Shown here piece after piece: positions 20,568 to 30,738 of a stretch of 64,000 nucleotides of DNA. Position 1 is the stretch's first letter. Every line of letters begins with the position of its first letter. The notes beneath the pieces are model-generated. The model saw nothing but the letters and a program-made list of their open reading frames with translations. It did not search any database and was not told where the DNA came from. Position numbers and translations under genes: made by a program. The DNA comes from an uncultured Gemmatimonadales bacterium (GTDB taxonomy: Bacteria > Gemmatimonadota > Gemmatimonadetes > Longimicrobiales > Longimicrobiaceae): positions 4,096,001-4,160,000 of the forward strand of contig OY970303.1 of the NCBI GenBank assembly GCA_963716255.1, read 5' to 3'.

Positions 20568-21143
20568 ATGACGGCGAACGCGACGGAGCAGAACCGGGAC
20601 GACGAGGTCCCCACCGCGAAGAAGCTGGAGGACCTGTACGCGCTGGTGGACGGCATCGAGACCGCCATGTTCACCACCCGCCGCGCCGACGGGCACCTGG
20701 TGTCGCGCCCCATGGCGACGCAGCAGCGCACGGAAGGGGCGGACTTCTGGTTCGTCACCGACGTGGAGACCCACAAGCTGGACGAGCTGGAGAACGACCC
20801 GCACGTGAACCTGTCCTTTTACCGCGACCGCACGCGCGAGTGGGTGTCGGTGAGCGGCACCGCGCGCATCTCCCAGGACCGCGCGAAGATCCACGAGCTG
20901 TACGCCCCCGACTGGCGCGCCTGGTTCGGCGACGAGGGCGGCGAGCGCGACGGCGGCCCGGACGACCCGCGCTTCGCGCTGATCCTGGTGGAGGCGCACT
21001 CCGTGGTGTACGAGAAGACCGACCGCCCGCAGCCGATGGTGCTGTTCGAGCTGGCCAAGGCGATGGTGACGGGCACGCCGCCCGACGTCAGCGACCTGCG
21101 CCGGGTGGACGAGGGCGAGCTTCACTCCAACACCATGCACTGA
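20568..21143 (+). CDS. Pyridoxamine 5'-phosphate oxidase-like / general stress protein 26 family
   Basis: AMFTT...LVSRPMATQ...WVSVSGTA motifs. Confidence 0.88.
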   Translation: MTANATEQNRDDEVPTAKKLEDLYALVDGIETAMFTTRRADGHLVSRPMATQQRTEGADFWFVTDVETHKLDELENDPHVNLSFYRDRTREWVSVSGTARISQDRAKIHELYAPDWRAWFGDEGGERDGGPDDPRFALILVEAHSVVYEKTDRPQPMVLFELAKAMVTGTPPDVSDLRRVDEGELHSNTMH

Positions 21144-21167
21144 GGCTTCAACTACCTGGAACAGCAG

Positions 21168-21302
21168 GCTTTGGGCGTGCCCCCGGCGGGGCGCCGGGGT
21201 CGGGCTTCGGCTCCGTAGGGCTGCAAACAACGCAGCCCAACGGAGTCGAGCCCGCGCAAACAGCCGCGCGGTCTCGCCCCTTCGGGCCGAAATCCCTCAC
21301 GC
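21168..21302 (-). repeat. Structured intergenic element, copy 5
   Basis: Reverse-complement match to consensus. Confidence 0.95.
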
Positions 21303-21329
21303 GGGGCTCGCGCTGGCGTCCGCGGAAGG

Positions 21330-21483
21330 CCCCCTCCCCCCGGCCCCCTCCCCCGCAAGCGGGAGAGGGGGAGCACGGCACCGCGTCCGTAGTTGGCCCC
21401 CTCTCCCAGGATGGCGCTTCACGCTTCGCGTGAACCGGATGAAGGGAGAGGGTGGCGAGCCTCAAGCGAGTCGGGTGCGGGCC
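21330..21483. repeat. Satellite modules B and long C
   Basis: 21411-21457 is identical to 55023-55069. Confidence 0.85.
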
Positions 21484-21565
21484 TCTACGACGACGCCCCC
21501 GCGGAAAGATCCGCGGGGGCGTCGTCCCGTAGTCCGTTCAGCCGTTGCAGGCTGTTCCCTGTTCC

Positions 21566-23203
21566 CTATCTCGTCCCTACCTGCGGGCGGTCGCTCGTGG
21601 CGGCGGCGATGCGGCGGGAGTCCTCCACCAGGCGGACGAACTCGCGGCGGTAGCCGTGCCGGTCCTCGCCCAGCGCGCCGCGGGCCAGGGCGAGCACCTG
21701 CTCGTGCGTGGCGTCGCCGCGGAACCGGGAGTCGCGCAGCAGCAGGCCCCACTCGGCCACGGCGGCGGCGAAGCGGAAGTCGGCGGAGGGGGCGGCTTCC
21801 GCGGGGCGGTCGCGCACCGGCTGCTCGATCAGGCGGCTGGCGCCGCCCTCGGGGGGCTGGTAGCGGAGCTTCACGTTCAGCAGCTCGCCGCGGGCGGCGG
21901 TCCGGGCGCCGGGGCGCGTTTCCTGGTAGCGGAGCGGGCCGGCGCCGCGCACGGGGGTGGGGGCGCCCACGGGGACCACCTCGTACAGCGCGGTCACGGA
22001 GTGCCCGGCGCCCAGCTCGCCCGCGTCCTTGGCGTCGTCCTCGAAGTCCTCCGCGGCGAGCAGGCGGTTCTCGTAGCCGATGAGGCGGTACGCCTTGACC
22101 TCCGCCGGGTTGAACTCCACCTGCACCTTGACGTCCTTCGCGATGGTCAGCAGGGTGCCGCCCATCTCGCTCACCAGGACCTTGCGCGCCTCCAGGAGGT
22201 TGTCGATGTAGGCGTAGTTGCCGTTCCCGCGGTCGGCGAGCTGCTCCATCTTGGCGTCCTTGAGGTTGCCCGTCCCGAAGCCCAGCACCGAAAGCGCGAT
22301 CCCGTCGGCCCGCTCCTGCTCGACCAGCCGGATCAGCTCGGCGTCGCTGGACGCGCCCACGTTGAAGTCGCCGTCCGTCGCCAGGATCACCCGGTTGTTG
22401 CCGCCCTGGCGGAAGCCCTCGCGCGCCACCGCGTAGGCGAGCCGGATCCCCTGGCCGCCCGCGGTGGAGCCGCCGGCCTCCAGGCGCTCCATCGCGTCCA
22501 GGATCGACGCGCGGTTCGCGCCGGACGTGGGGGGAAGCACCATCCCCGCGGCGCCGGCGTACACCACGATCGCCACGCGGTCCTCCTCGCGCAGGCCGTC
22601 CACCAGCATGCGCAGCGCGGACTTCACCAGCGGGAGCTTGTCGGGCGAGTTCATGGAGCCCGACACGTCCAGCAGGAACACCAGGTTCGCGGGCGGCATG
22701 TTCTCCAGCGCCACGCGCCGCCCCTGGAGCCCCACGTGCACCAGCCGGTGCACGGGGTTCCACGGCGCCGGGGCCACCTCGGTGGTCACGGAGAAGGGGT
22801 GCTCGCCCGCGGGCGACGGGTAGTCGTAGTCGAAGTAGTTGACCAGCTCCTCGATGCGCACCGCGTCCCTGGGCGGGAGGCGTCCCTCGGACAGGAAGCG
22901 GCGCACGTTGGCGTACGAGGCCGGGTCCACGTCGATCCCGAAGGTGGAGAGCGGGTGCAGGCCAGGATCCCGGAACTCGTTCTCCTCGATCAGCTTGTAC
23001 TCTTCGGTATTGAAGCCGCTGTCGGCCGGGACGCCGGCCGCCGGAGGCGGGGGCGCGGCCATGACCGGCACCAGCGGTGGCGGCGGCGGCGAGGGGAGCG
23101 GGGCGCCCGCGGCCCCGTTCCCGGAAAAGACGTCGGTGCGCGTCCCGCAGCCGTGGAGCACGGCGGCCAGCAGGAGCAGGGCGAGGCGGCGAGGCATCCT
23201 CAT
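21566..23203 (-). CDS. vWA domain lipoprotein (YfbK-like)
   Basis: STFGIDVDPASY, DVSGSM (MIDAS), ILATDGDFNVG and IAKDVKVQVEFNP motifs. Confidence 0.92.
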   Translation of the reverse strand: MRMPRRLALLLLAAVLHGCGTRTDVFSGNGAAGAPLPSPPPPPLVPVMAAPPPPAAGVPADSGFNTEEYKLIEENEFRDPGLHPLSTFGIDVDPASYANVRRFLSEGRLPPRDAVRIEELVNYFDYDYPSPAGEHPFSVTTEVAPAPWNPVHRLVHVGLQGRRVALENMPPANLVFLLDVSGSMNSPDKLPLVKSALRMLVDGLREEDRVAIVVYAGAAGMVLPPTSGANRASILDAMERLEAGGSTAGGQGIRLAYAVAREGFRQGGNNRVILATDGDFNVGASSDAELIRLVEQERADGIALSVLGFGTGNLKDAKMEQLADRGNGNYAYIDNLLEARKVLVSEMGGTLLTIAKDVKVQVEFNPAEVKAYRLIGYENRLLAAEDFEDDAKDAGELGAGHSVTALYEVVPVGAPTPVRGAGPLRYQETRPGARTAARGELLNVKLRYQPPEGGASRLIEQPVRDRPAEAAPSADFRFAAAVAEWGLLLRDSRFRGDATHEQVLALARGALGEDRHGYRREFVRLVEDSRRIAAATSDRPQVGTR

Positions 23204-23476
23204 GCGGGTCCTCACGGACGGGGTTCGCGGCGGCCTTCGGGGGACGGGACTGCGGTGGGAAGGCAGGGCAGGCGGCGTACCGGGAAACACCCGTGCCGCC
23301 GCCGCCGCGTAAGCTGCCGGGGCGGCGGAGTTTCCGCCAGGGGGAGCGGGATCCGGGGCGCGGCCGCCGGCGTCCGGGCGGCGTTCAGTGAACCCCGGAG
23401 TGGACGTTCAGTGAACGCCCGGTGGGTCAGCCGGGCTCCTCCTCCCGCTCCGCGCGGCGGGCGCGGCGGATGGGTG

Positions 23477-23893
23477 TCAGGAGGCGGCCGGGGACGCCCC
23501 GCCCACCATGATGCCGCTGATCGCGGTGTACGCGTCGCTCCACGCCTGCTTCACCTCCGGCGTCCACTCGCTGCCCAGGTGGTCGGCAAACGTGTCGAGG
23601 AGGGCTCCGCCCACCATCGCGTAGTGCCCATCCGCCACCCCGTAGCCCGAGTGGCGCGCGCCCAGGCGCTGGAGGGCGCCGGTGAGCACGCCGGGGTTCT
23701 CCAGGTTCTCGATCACCAGCACCAGCGAGTCCATCAGCTTCTTGCGCTGCTCGGCCATGTCGGCGCCCGCGAAGAGCTGCCGGGTGCCGGGATGGGCGGC
23801 GAACAGGCGGTCGTAGAAGTCGGCGGCGAAGCGGTCCGCGTTGGGGCGGACCAGGGCGAAGCTGTCTTCCAGCAGCTCGACGTTCAGGGACAT
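23477..23893 (-). CDS. Single-domain globin
   Basis: [10 protein letters not shown]...QRKKL...[10 protein letters not shown]...[10 protein letters not shown]. Confidence 0.92.
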   Translation of the reverse strand: MSLNVELLEDSFALVRPNADRFAADFYDRLFAAHPGTRQLFAGADMAEQRKKLMDSLVLVIENLENPGVLTGALQRLGARHSGYGVADGHYAMVGGALLDTFADHLGSEWTPEVKQAWSDAYTAISGIMVGGASPAAS

Positions 23894-24089
23894 GCGGGTC
23901 TCCGGGGAAGGGGGGATGGACGCGTGCGGCGTCCCGACGTGGCGGGTATCGTACCGCCCGCCGCGGGGGAGCGGGGTCCGGGAGGTATTCCGGGAAGTCG
24001 ACAAACATTATACTATCGCCCTTCCACCCTGGCCACGGTTCGGGCCGCGGCCGCCCCGGCCCCCCTTCGCTCCCTCCGCGCTTCCCTCC

Positions 24090-25514
24090 ATGATCGCCCC
24101 CACCCGCCGGCCCTTCCGTCCCGCGACCCTGCTTTCCGCCCCCGGCGCCGCCCTCGCCGCGCTCGCGTCGGCCGTGGCGGTCCTCGCCGCCGTGTCGGGC
24201 GCGTGGGCCGGGGCCGTCCTCCCGCTGGCGATGCTGGCGGCCGTCCTCCGCGCCGCGGGAGGAGGGGGCGCCGGGAGGTGGGACGCGGCGGTGCTCCCGG
24301 CGGCGTTCGTCCTGGGGCGCTGGGTGGGGAGGGATTCCCCGGAGGGGTGGGCGATGCTGCCGCCGCTCCTGGAGGCGCTCGCGCTGGCCGCGGCCGTGGC
24401 CGGGGCGCGGCGGGCGGTCCGCCGCCCGGAGGCCCGGTTCCGGGAGATGGAGGAGGCCGTGCGGCGGCTGACGGGCGAGGACGGGACGGCGGAGCCGGCA
24501 CGCCTGGCGGGGGCGGCGCGGCGCCTGGAGGAGGAGATCGCCCGCGTGCTGCGCGAGGTGGACCACCAGGGCGGCGCCCTCGCCGTGCTCGCCCGCGAGC
24601 TTTCGGCCACGGCGGCGGAGGTGCAGGCGTCGGCGGCGCAGGTGGGGAGCGCCGCCGGGGAGGTAGCGGAGCAGGCAGAGAAGCAGGTGGAGCTGGTGGT
24701 CCGCGCGCGCACCACCATGGAAAAGGTGGCGGAGGGCAGCGGAGGGCTGCAGACGGAGGCGAGCGGCTTCCTGGAGCGCGCCCGGGGGCTGGCGCGGCGC
24801 GCGGACGCCCAGGCGGAGGAGGTGGAGCGCACCGGGACGCTGCTCCTGGAGGTGGGCGGCTCGTTCCGCGCCTCCGCCGGCTTCGTCGACGTGCTCCAGG
24901 GCGCGGGCGAGCAGATCGGCGGCTTCGTGGGGACGATCCGGGAGATCACCGAGCAGACCAACCTGCTGGCGCTGAACGCGGCCATCGAGGCGGCGCACGC
25001 CGGCGAGCACGGGCGGGGGTTCGGGGTGGTCGCGGAGGAGGTCCGCAAGCTCGCCCGGCAGTCCGCGGAGTCGGCGGGGTTCGTGGACGAGGCGGTGGCG
25101 AACACCCGCGGCGCGATCGCGGGCGTGCGCGAGCACCTGCGGGACGCCGCCGACCGCGTGGTGGGGGCGGGCGAGGTGGTGAGCGGGGGCCGGGCCGCGC
25201 TCTCCGCGATCATGGAGGGGGTGGAGGAGATGCTCCGTTTCGTGGAGCGGATCGCCGAGGGCGCGAAATCGCAGTCGCGCGCCATCGAGCGGCTGCAGCG
25301 CAGCCTGGTGGTGGTGGAGCAGATCTCCCACTTCTCGGTGGACCACATGCAGCAGAACGCGGCGGCGACGCGCGAGCAGGCAGCCTCCATGGCGCAGCTG
25401 GCCGCCGCCTGCGCCCGCCTCACCGACCTGGCCGGCGGCTTCGCGGGCACGGCGGAGCGCCTGCGGGCCGCCCGTGGCACCGGAGAGCCGGGTCCGGGGG
25501 CCGCCGCGGCCTGA
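24090..25514 (+). CDS. Methyl-accepting chemotaxis protein
   Basis: [34 protein letters not shown] motif; hydrophobic N-terminus. Confidence 0.88.
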   Translation: MIAPTRRPFRPATLLSAPGAALAALASAVAVLAAVSGAWAGAVLPLAMLAAVLRAAGGGGAGRWDAAVLPAAFVLGRWVGRDSPEGWAMLPPLLEALALAAAVAGARRAVRRPEARFREMEEAVRRLTGEDGTAEPARLAGAARRLEEEIARVLREVDHQGGALAVLARELSATAAEVQASAAQVGSAAGEVAEQAEKQVELVVRARTTMEKVAEGSGGLQTEASGFLERARGLARRADAQAEEVERTGTLLLEVGGSFRASAGFVDVLQGAGEQIGGFVGTIREITEQTNLLALNAAIEAAHAGEHGRGFGVVAEEVRKLARQSAESAGFVDEAVANTRGAIAGVREHLRDAADRVVGAGEVVSGGRAALSAIMEGVEEMLRFVERIAEGAKSQSRAIERLQRSLVVVEQISHFSVDHMQQNAAATREQAASMAQLAAACARLTDLAGGFAGTAERLRAARGTGEPGPGAAAA

Positions 25515-25556
25515 GCCCGACCGGACAACGCGGGGGGGCGGGACCCCGCCGCCGCC

Positions 25557-26489
25557 TCAGATCAGCCCGGCCAGGTCGGGGAAGCCGCGGCGGATGCGCT
25601 CCGCCACCTCCGGGTGGGCGTCGAGCATGGCGAAGTCCTCGAACTCGAAGCCCGGCCCCACCGTGCACCCCACCAGCGCGAAGGCGCCCGTGGGGCGCGC
25701 CGCCTGCCAGCACCCCGCCGGCACCACGTGCACCGGCTCGCGCCCCGCGCCCGCGGGGCCCAGCAGCACGCGGTGGCAGCGGTCGCCCCCCGGGTCCAGC
25801 CAGAGCAATTCCAGCGGGTCGCCCTCGTAGAAGTGCCAGGCCTCGTCCGCGACCACGCGGTGCCAGCGGCTCTGCTCGCCCGCCGCCAGCAGGAAGTAGA
25901 TGGTGGTCAGCGCCTGGCGGTCGGCGGGGGCGCGGTCGGGGCGGACGCGCAGGTGCGAGCGGAACACCTCGCGGAAGCGGCCTCCCTCGGGGTGGGGGTG
26001 CAGGTCCAGCTCGCGGACCAGCTCGGCGGCGCGGGGGTGCATGGCGTCGGGCGGAAAGGGGAAGGCGGGCGCCGGGTCGTGGCGCAGCTCGGGCTCGTCG
26101 CCGCGGACGCGGGCGGGGTCGGGCGCCACGGCGGGCGGCGGGCAGCACCGCGCCCACGCCGCGCCGCCGCCCGCGGGGTCGGCGGCCACGACCGCCGCGA
26201 GGCGGGCGGCGTGGTCCAGGAGCGCGTCCACGTCCACCCCCAGGTGCGCGGGACGATGCGGCTCCAGCGCGCGGGCCGTCTTGCGGAGCTGGGCGGCGAC
26301 GCCCCGCGCGTTCCCGCGGCCCACGTGCACCCAGGCGCTGGCGAGCAGGATCAGCCCCCGGTAGAAGCCGCTGCGGCCCCGCCGCCAGGGCGCTTCCAGG
26401 GTCTCGTGGCTCGCCCAGAACTCGCCGCGCGCGAAGCGCTCGGCGAACTCCGCCAGCGCCGCGGGGAGGCGCGGGTCCGGGGGTGTCAC
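25557..26489 (-). CDS. DUF309-like domain in frame with a DUF985-like cupin (internal ATG at 26042)
   Basis: FARGEFWASHETLEAPW..FYRGLI (DUF309-like), then HPHPEGGRFRE...WHRV..DEAWHFYEG...GCTVGPGFEFEDF (cupin); GTG start overlaps the kinase stop. Confidence 0.75.
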   Translation of the reverse strand: MTPPDPRLPAALAEFAERFARGEFWASHETLEAPWRRGRSGFYRGLILLASAWVHVGRGNARGVAAQLRKTARALEPHRPAHLGVDVDALLDHAARLAAVVAADPAGGGAAWARCCPPPAVAPDPARVRGDEPELRHDPAPAFPFPPDAMHPRAAELVRELDLHPHPEGGRFREVFRSHLRVRPDRAPADRQALTTIYFLLAAGEQSRWHRVVADEAWHFYEGDPLELLWLDPGGDRCHRVLLGPAGAGREPVHVVPAGCWQAARPTGAFALVGCTVGPGFEFEDFAMLDAHPEVAERIRRGFPDLAGLI

Positions 26490-29059
26490 GCCGCGGGCGG
26501 AGGAGGAGGGGCGAGGGGGAGGCGCAGCGTGAAGGTGCTCCCGTCGCCGGGGGCGCTCTCCACCGCGACGTCGCCGCCGAGGAGGCGGGCGAGCTGCCGG
26601 GCCACGCTCAGGCCCAGCCCGGTGCCGCCCGCGCTGCGGCTGATGGACTGGTCCACCTGCCAGAAGGGGTCGAAGATGCGCTCCTGCTGCTCGGGCGCGA
26701 TCCCCACCCCGGTGTCGCGGACGGCGAAGGCCACGGCGCCCGGCTCCTCCCCCACCCGCAGCACCACCTCGCCCCGGTCGGTGAACTTGACGGCGTTGCC
26801 GAGCAGGTTCACCAGCACCTGCTGCGCCCGCCCGGCGTCGGTCACCAGCGCCGGCCCGGTCTCCGGCGCTTCCACGCGGAAGGCCAGGCCGCGCTCCAGC
26901 GCCAGCGGCTCCACCAGCGCGGCGGCCTCCTGGGCGATGGCGGCGGCGTCCGCGGGCGCCGGGTGCATCTCCTCGCGGCTGGCCTCGATGCGCGAGAAGG
27001 TGAGGATCTCCTCGATGAGCCGCAGGAGGTGGCGGGCGGCGACGCGGATGCGCTCCACCTGCCTCCGGGACGGCTCCGGCAGGGCGACGGGGATCCCCAC
27101 CAGGAAAAGGTCGGTGTAGCCGATGATGGCGTTGAGCGGGGTGCGCAGCTCGTGGCTCATCACGGCCATGAAGTCGGTCTTTGCCTGGTTGGCCTCCACG
27201 GAGGCGGCGTACAGGCGCGCGTTGTCGATGGCGACGGCGGCGCGGCGGGCCACTTCGCGGGCCAGCTGCAGATCGGCTGGGCCGTAGCGGCGGCCGGAGT
27301 CGGACATCACCAGCGACAGCGCGCCGAGCACCCCGTCGCGCGCCACCAGGGGGACGCACAGGTACGAGCGCGGGTTCAGCCGCCGCAGCAGCGCCGCGTG
27401 CTGGGCGTCGCGGGCGAAGGCGGCGGCCGCCTCGTCGGTGACCTCGGGGATCAGGACGGGGGTGCGGGTGCGGACCACCTGGGGGACGCCGGCCTCGTCG
27501 CCGGAGCGGGAGGGGTAGCGGGCCCACACGTCGCGCAGGACGCTCTCGCCCTCGGGGTCGCGGTGGGCGGTCTCCACCCGGCGGATCTCGCCGTCGGGCG
27601 TCACCGCGTCGATGGTGGCGTAGTCGGCGAGGAAGGGGACGGCCAGGCGGGCCAGCTCGGCCAGGGTGCGCTCGTAGTCGAGCGAGGCCCCCAGGGCGCT
27701 CCCCGCGGCGAGGAGGAAGTGCTCGCGCTCCTCCTCCATGCGCCGGTCGTGGATGTCCAGGCACGAGCCGATGTAGCCGGTGAACTCGCCGCCGGGGGTG
27801 AACAGGGGGACGGCGCTGTTCAGCAGCCAGCGGTATTCGCCGTCGGCGCGGCGCAGCCGGTAGTCCATGCGGAAGGGGCTGCGCTCCTGGAAAAACGCGA
27901 CGTACGCTTCCATGCAGCGCTCCACGTCGTCCGGGTGCACCCCCTCGGTCCACCCGTTCCCCAGCTCCTGCTCCAGCGCGCGCCCGGTGAACTCCAGCCA
28001 GGGCCGGTTGAAGAAGTGGCAGAGCGAGTCGGTGCCGGCCATCCACACCAGCACCGGGGCCGAGTCGGCCAGGGTGCGGAAGCGGGCCTCGCTGGCGCGC
28101 AGGGCGTCCAGGGCGCGGTGCTCCTCGGTGACGTCGTCGAAGGAGGCGACCACCCCGGCCGGGCCGTCCTCCCCCGGCAGCGGCGCGGCGTTGACCCGCA
28201 TGACCGCGCTCTCGCCGTCCGCGTACTCCAACCGGTACACGGAGCCGTGCACCGGCGCCCCCTCGCGGAGGACCCGGGCCACGGGGTGCTGCTCCGCCGG
28301 GAGGGGCGCGCCGTCCAGCGCGAAGCGCCGCAGCGGGAGCGCGGGGTAGCGCTGGCCGGCGCCGCCGTCCCTGAGGCGCAGCATGCGCTCGGCGGCGGGG
28401 TTGGCCAGGGTGACGGTCCCCCCGGCGTCGAGCACGATCACCCCCGCGGCCACGGTGCGGATGATGGCGGCCAGGCGGTCGCTCGTCTCCTCGCTGTCGC
28501 GGCCGGCGGCGCGCAGCTGCTCGTTGGTGGCTTCGAGCTCGTCGCGGAGGATGATCCCCTGCTCGATCTGCTCTTCCAGCTCGGCGTTGAGCGCCTGCAT
28601 CTCCTCGGCCTGCGCTTCCAGCTCCACGGCCTGCTCCTGGAGCTGCAGGGCGAGTCGGGTGGCCTCCTCGGCGCGCTCCTCGGCCTCGGCGCGGGCGGCG
28701 CGCAATCGGTCGCTGAGCACGCTGAGCAGAAGGGAAACGCCCATGAACAGCGCCAGCCTGACCCGGTCGGGCGTGGTCGCCACGCCGAACGAGCCGGTGG
28801 GCACGAACAGGAAGTAGGCGGAGGCGAGGGCGGAGAGCACCGCGCAGAAGAGGCCGGGCCACATCCCCCCGTACCACGCGGACAGCGCCACCCCCGGGAA
28901 GAAGAACAGGAAGTAGTTGGGGGCCAGTACGCCGCGGAGCGCCAGGCACAGCAGGAGCCCCGCCGCGGTGAGCGCGGCGGGGAGCGAGTAGCGGAGCACG
29001 GCCCGTGGCCTGGCGGCGGGGGACGCGGCCTGCGGTGCGGGTGCGGCTTCCGGGCTCAT
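26486..29059 (-). CDS. Sensor histidine kinase (DUF4118-like TM, 2 PAS, GAF, HisKA, HATPase)
   Basis: MSHELRTPLNAI, NLLGNAVKFT, DTGVGI and GGTGLGL motifs. Confidence 0.95.
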   Translation of the reverse strand: MSPEAAPAPQAASPAARPRAVLRYSLPAALTAAGLLLCLALRGVLAPNYFLFFFPGVALSAWYGGMWPGLFCAVLSALASAYFLFVPTGSFGVATTPDRVRLALFMGVSLLLSVLSDRLRAARAEAEERAEEATRLALQLQEQAVELEAQAEEMQALNAELEEQIEQGIILRDELEATNEQLRAAGRDSEETSDRLAAIIRTVAAGVIVLDAGGTVTLANPAAERMLRLRDGGAGQRYPALPLRRFALDGAPLPAEQHPVARVLREGAPVHGSVYRLEYADGESAVMRVNAAPLPGEDGPAGVVASFDDVTEEHRALDALRASEARFRTLADSAPVLVWMAGTDSLCHFFNRPWLEFTGRALEQELGNGWTEGVHPDDVERCMEAYVAFFQERSPFRMDYRLRRADGEYRWLLNSAVPLFTPGGEFTGYIGSCLDIHDRRMEEEREHFLLAAGSALGASLDYERTLAELARLAVPFLADYATIDAVTPDGEIRRVETAHRDPEGESVLRDVWARYPSRSGDEAGVPQVVRTRTPVLIPEVTDEAAAAFARDAQHAALLRRLNPRSYLCVPLVARDGVLGALSLVMSDSGRRYGPADLQLAREVARRAAVAIDNARLYAASVEANQAKTDFMAVMSHELRTPLNAIIGYTDLFLVGIPVALPEPSRRQVERIRVAARHLLRLIEEILTFSRIEASREEMHPAPADAAAIAQEAAALVEPLALERGLAFRVEAPETGPALVTDAGRAQQVLVNLLGNAVKFTDRGEVVLRVGEEPGAVAFAVRDTGVGIAPEQQERIFDPFWQVDQSISRSAGGTGLGLSVARQLARLLGGDVAVESAPGDGSTFTLRLPLAPPPPPAA

Positions 29060-29208
29060 GCCTGCTTGGCGTGTGGACGTGGACAGCGGGTCCGGGCACC
29101 GGGACGGCGAGCAATCTACGCGGGCGGCGCCCGGCCGCCAGCGTCCGGCGCCGCTCCGTGTCCCCGGAGCATCGGCAGCCCGCCCCGGCGGACGCCAGCG
29201 AGGGACCC

Positions 29209-29341
29209 GCGTGAGGGATTTCGGCCCGAAGGGGCGAGACCCGGCGGCTGTTTGCCGGGGCTCGACTCCGTTAGCCCGCGTTGTTTGCGGGCTTACGGAG
29301 CCGAAGCCCGACCCCGGCGCAGCCGGGGGCACGCCCGAACC
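29209..29341 (+). repeat. Structured intergenic element, copy 6
   Basis: Direct match to consensus. Confidence 0.95.
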
Positions 29342-29427
29342 CGGCTGGTCCCCGATCCGCCTGGCACAGGATCTGAGTGTCCGAAGTCACGTGCGGTCCA
29401 ACCCCACCCCCGGCCTCCGAAAAACCC

Positions 29428-30636
29428 GTGAACGCCACCCGTCCCACGACCGTCCTGTGCCTGTCCAGCTACCTCAAGGGGCACGAGTTCATCCGCGAGT
29501 GCAAGCGGCTCGGCTGCCGGGTGCTGCTGATCACGGTGGAAAAGCTGCGCGACGCGGACTGGCCCCGCGACAGCATCGACGAGGTGTTCTACATGCCGGA
29601 CCTGTACGTGCGCGAGGACGTGATCCACGCCATCAGCTACCTGGCGCGCAGCGAGGACATCGCCCGCATCGTCCCGCTGGACGAGTTCGACCTGGAGATG
29701 GCGTCGGCGCTGCGCGAGCACCTGCGGATCCCGGGGATGGGCGAGACCACCGTCCGCTACTTCCGCGACAAGCTGGCCATGCGCATGCGCGCCCGCGAGG
29801 CGGGGATCCTGGTGCCGGACTTCGTGGGGCTGGTCAACGACGACCGGGTCCGCGAGTTCCTGGAAACGGTGCCGGCGCCGTGGGTGCTGAAGCCGCGCTC
29901 CTCGGCGTCGGCCATCGGCATCAAGAAGCTGAGCCACGCGGACGAGGTGTGGCGCATCATGGACGAGCTGGGCGACAAGCGCTCGTTCCACCTGCTGGAG
30001 CGCTTCGTCCGCGGGCAGGTCTTCCACGTGGACTCCATCGCCTGGGAGCGGGAGATCGTCTTCCACGAGGCGCACGGCTACGTGAACCCGCCCTTCGAGG
30101 TGTACCACGGCGGCGGGCTGTTCTGCACGCGCACGCTGCCGCGGGAGTCGGAGGTGTCGCGGGCGCTCAAGGAGGCGGACCGCGAGCTGATGGGTGCCCT
30201 GGGGATGATGCGCGGGGCGCTGCACACGGAGTTCATCCGCGGCGACGAGGACGGACGCTACTACTTCCTGGAGACGGCGGCGCGGGTGGGCGGCGCCAAC
30301 ATCTCGGACATGGTGGAGGCGGCGACGGGGCTCAACCTGTGGCGGGAGTGGGCCCGGGTGGAGGTGGCGAGCGCCCGCGGCGAGGAGTACGGGGCCCCGG
30401 AGGCGCGCGACGACTCGGCGGGGCTGCTGATCTCGCTGGCGCGCCAGGAGTGGCCGGACACGGGGGCGTACGCGGACCCGGAGATCGTCTGGCGGCTGAA
30501 CAAGCGCCACCACGCGGGGCTGCTGGTGGTTTCGCCCAGCCCGGAGCGCGTGGAGGAGCTGCTGCACGACTACATGCGGCGGTTCCGCGAGGACTTCTAC
30601 GCGTCGATGCCGGCGGCGGAGTCGGCGACGGACTGA
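29428..30636 (+). CDS. ATP-grasp domain protein
   Basis: FRDKLAMR, WVLKPRSSASAIGI, LLERFV and HTEFI...FLETAARVGG motifs. Confidence 0.85.
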   Translation: MNATRPTTVLCLSSYLKGHEFIRECKRLGCRVLLITVEKLRDADWPRDSIDEVFYMPDLYVREDVIHAISYLARSEDIARIVPLDEFDLEMASALREHLRIPGMGETTVRYFRDKLAMRMRAREAGILVPDFVGLVNDDRVREFLETVPAPWVLKPRSSASAIGIKKLSHADEVWRIMDELGDKRSFHLLERFVRGQVFHVDSIAWEREIVFHEAHGYVNPPFEVYHGGGLFCTRTLPRESEVSRALKEADRELMGALGMMRGALHTEFIRGDEDGRYYFLETAARVGGANISDMVEAATGLNLWREWARVEVASARGEEYGAPEARDDSAGLLISLARQEWPDTGAYADPEIVWRLNKRHHAGLLVVSPSPERVEELLHDYMRRFREDFYASMPAAESATD

Positions 30637-30673
30637 AAACGGCAGGGAACAGGGAACAGCCTGCAACGGCAAA

Positions 30674-30706
30674 GGCGCCCCGCCGGGAAGGTCCCGGCGG
30701 GGCGCC
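30674..30706. terminator. Hairpin between convergent genes
   Basis: GGCGCCCCGCCGGGA-AGG-TCCCGGCGGGGCGCC. Confidence 0.6.
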
Positions 30707-30738
30707 GTTCGTTCGGGCGAAGGTGGATGTGGAATCGG

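Noticed and set aside
21545..29431. 2628-aa plus-strand ORF and many other long overlapping ORFs (e.g. 3180-6887, 6109-9915, 6269-9976)
   Set aside because: Shadow frames of real genes in very high-GC DNA; Arg/Gly/Pro/Ala-rich with no family motifs
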